NCBI GenBank assembly: GCA_973895155.1
Contig: OZ316891.1
Location: forward strand, 21,773,068-21,837,067
Length of the DNA: 64,000 nucleotides
Origin: Marsupella aquatica
Taxonomy: Eukaryota > Plantae > Marchantiophyta
Reading direction: 5' to 3'
The notes beneath the pieces were generated by a model that searched no databases, was not told the DNA's origin, and worked only from the letters and a program-made list of their open reading frames with translations. This document shows, one piece after another, positions 63,101 to 64,000 of this stretch. The translations under genes were made by a program, and so were the position numbers. Each line of letters begins with the position of its first letter. Position 1 is the first letter of the stretch.

Positions 63101-63908
63101 ATATGCATCTTTTTGCCTCGTACATGTTCTTGGGCAAAATATTACCATCTGGTAGCACAGTTGTTCGCAAGAATGCCAACAACTCAGAAACCAAAACGTT
63201 GGGGACATTGTGGTTGCCGCAAATGTTCAGGAACATGATGACAAATCCCAGTTTAGAACATTTGCTACCGGGGTACAAAGACTTCCTGCCTTCCTGTATT
63301 TGCAGGGGAGAGCCAAACATCCCATCATGCCCAGGGGTTTCCTGCCCTATCTCAAACTCATCAAGAGGCTCTTCGACAGGGGGCACACTTGCATCTGCAG
63401 CCGTATCCTCTTCATTGTCCAGCCCATCATGAAATGCATCCAAGTCTTGGAAGATGTCTCTCACCATCTCTTCCACATGAATTCCTTCGTCACGTGGTGC
63501 TGCCTGAGCACCATCCCGTTGGAGAGCTGACAACCCACAGAGACCAGCTACAACATTTTCAAATGCACCAGGCAGAACCTCACTTGCCCGTCTTGCAGCA
63601 TTGGCAGCATCAAATTCTAACCTCCACTCCTCGTCGGAAGAATCTTCCTCTGCAGGATCATTCCAAACTCGATGTCGTGGATCTCTTCCATGAACCGCGA
63701 TATGCCGCCAAACCTCATTCAGACCCCTGGTACGGGATCCTTGGCAGATTGCACAAGGACATCTCATCCTACTGGCTCCTGAAAGTCTGGTTCGTAACCT
63801 TTCACGCTGCCAAAGCTTATTATCATGGCGTGATATCCTTGTGGGATGATGCAAAGGCAGTGCCTGTGCCCTGGGCTGGGTCTGGGGAGGGTGGTGACCA
63901 GGGTGCAT
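60177..63908 (-). CDS. CACTA TnpD-like transposase (Transposase_21, DUF4218-like and DUF4216-like domains), apparently intact
   Basis: Exons 63908-62085, 61961-61060 and 60942-60177 splice in frame. MRCPCAIC, RNVRLGLSLDGVNPF, SCWPV, ADYPA, IDVMHIEKN, KSHDYH, FFDVMTHL, WLYPLERYM, EPFVFPSQVEQAFF. Confidence 0.9.
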
Positions 63909-64000
63909 TGTAACAGGCTGGGAGCTCTGCAGTCATGGACAGCAGTGAACAAGGATGCCTAATGGTGGTATTTGTGTTCCATATATCCCTGACTGTATCT

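Larger units (their letters stand above)
55458..64000 (-). mobile_element. CACTA (En/Spm) DNA transposon, extends beyond the window
   Basis: Terminal CACTAGAAGAA exactly at the LTR breakpoint; subterminal GTGAC/GTCAC repeats at 55490-55810; TnpD- and TnpA-like genes. Confidence 0.92.

Overview
Eukaryotic, transposon-dense DNA, most likely from a non-seed land plant (inferred from plant-type TTTAGGG repeats, GT-AG introns, and CACTA, Gypsy and Sola1-like elements). No ordinary housekeeping gene is evident. The main result is an apparently giant (>=21 kb) cargo-carrying DNA transposon with a Sola1-like DDD transposase. Its ~70-bp terminal repeats start at 20042 and 39957. They become inverted, with a 4-bp TTAT target duplication, once an inversion between two head-to-head Gypsy copies is undone, and LTR polymorphisms independently support that inversion. 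The cargo is a multi-exon gene (ParB/Srx-like, degenerate amino-methyltransferase-like fold, acidic/coiled region, Ulp1 SUMO protease, FCP1-like phosphatase), two more FCP1-like units and three F-box-like ORFs. A divergent paralogue of the ParB-like gene lies at 10636-17034. Each paralogue is surrounded by its own palindrome in introns, intergenic DNA and tandem arrays (AACCATGGTT for locus 1, ACGCG-N6-CGCGT for locus 2). This suggests a ParB/parS-like or VANC-like self-recognition system. Later insertions are 8-bp-TSD MITEs, two Gypsy copies, and an apparently intact CACTA element in the 3' LTR. All domain calls come from motif recognition by eye, with no database searches.
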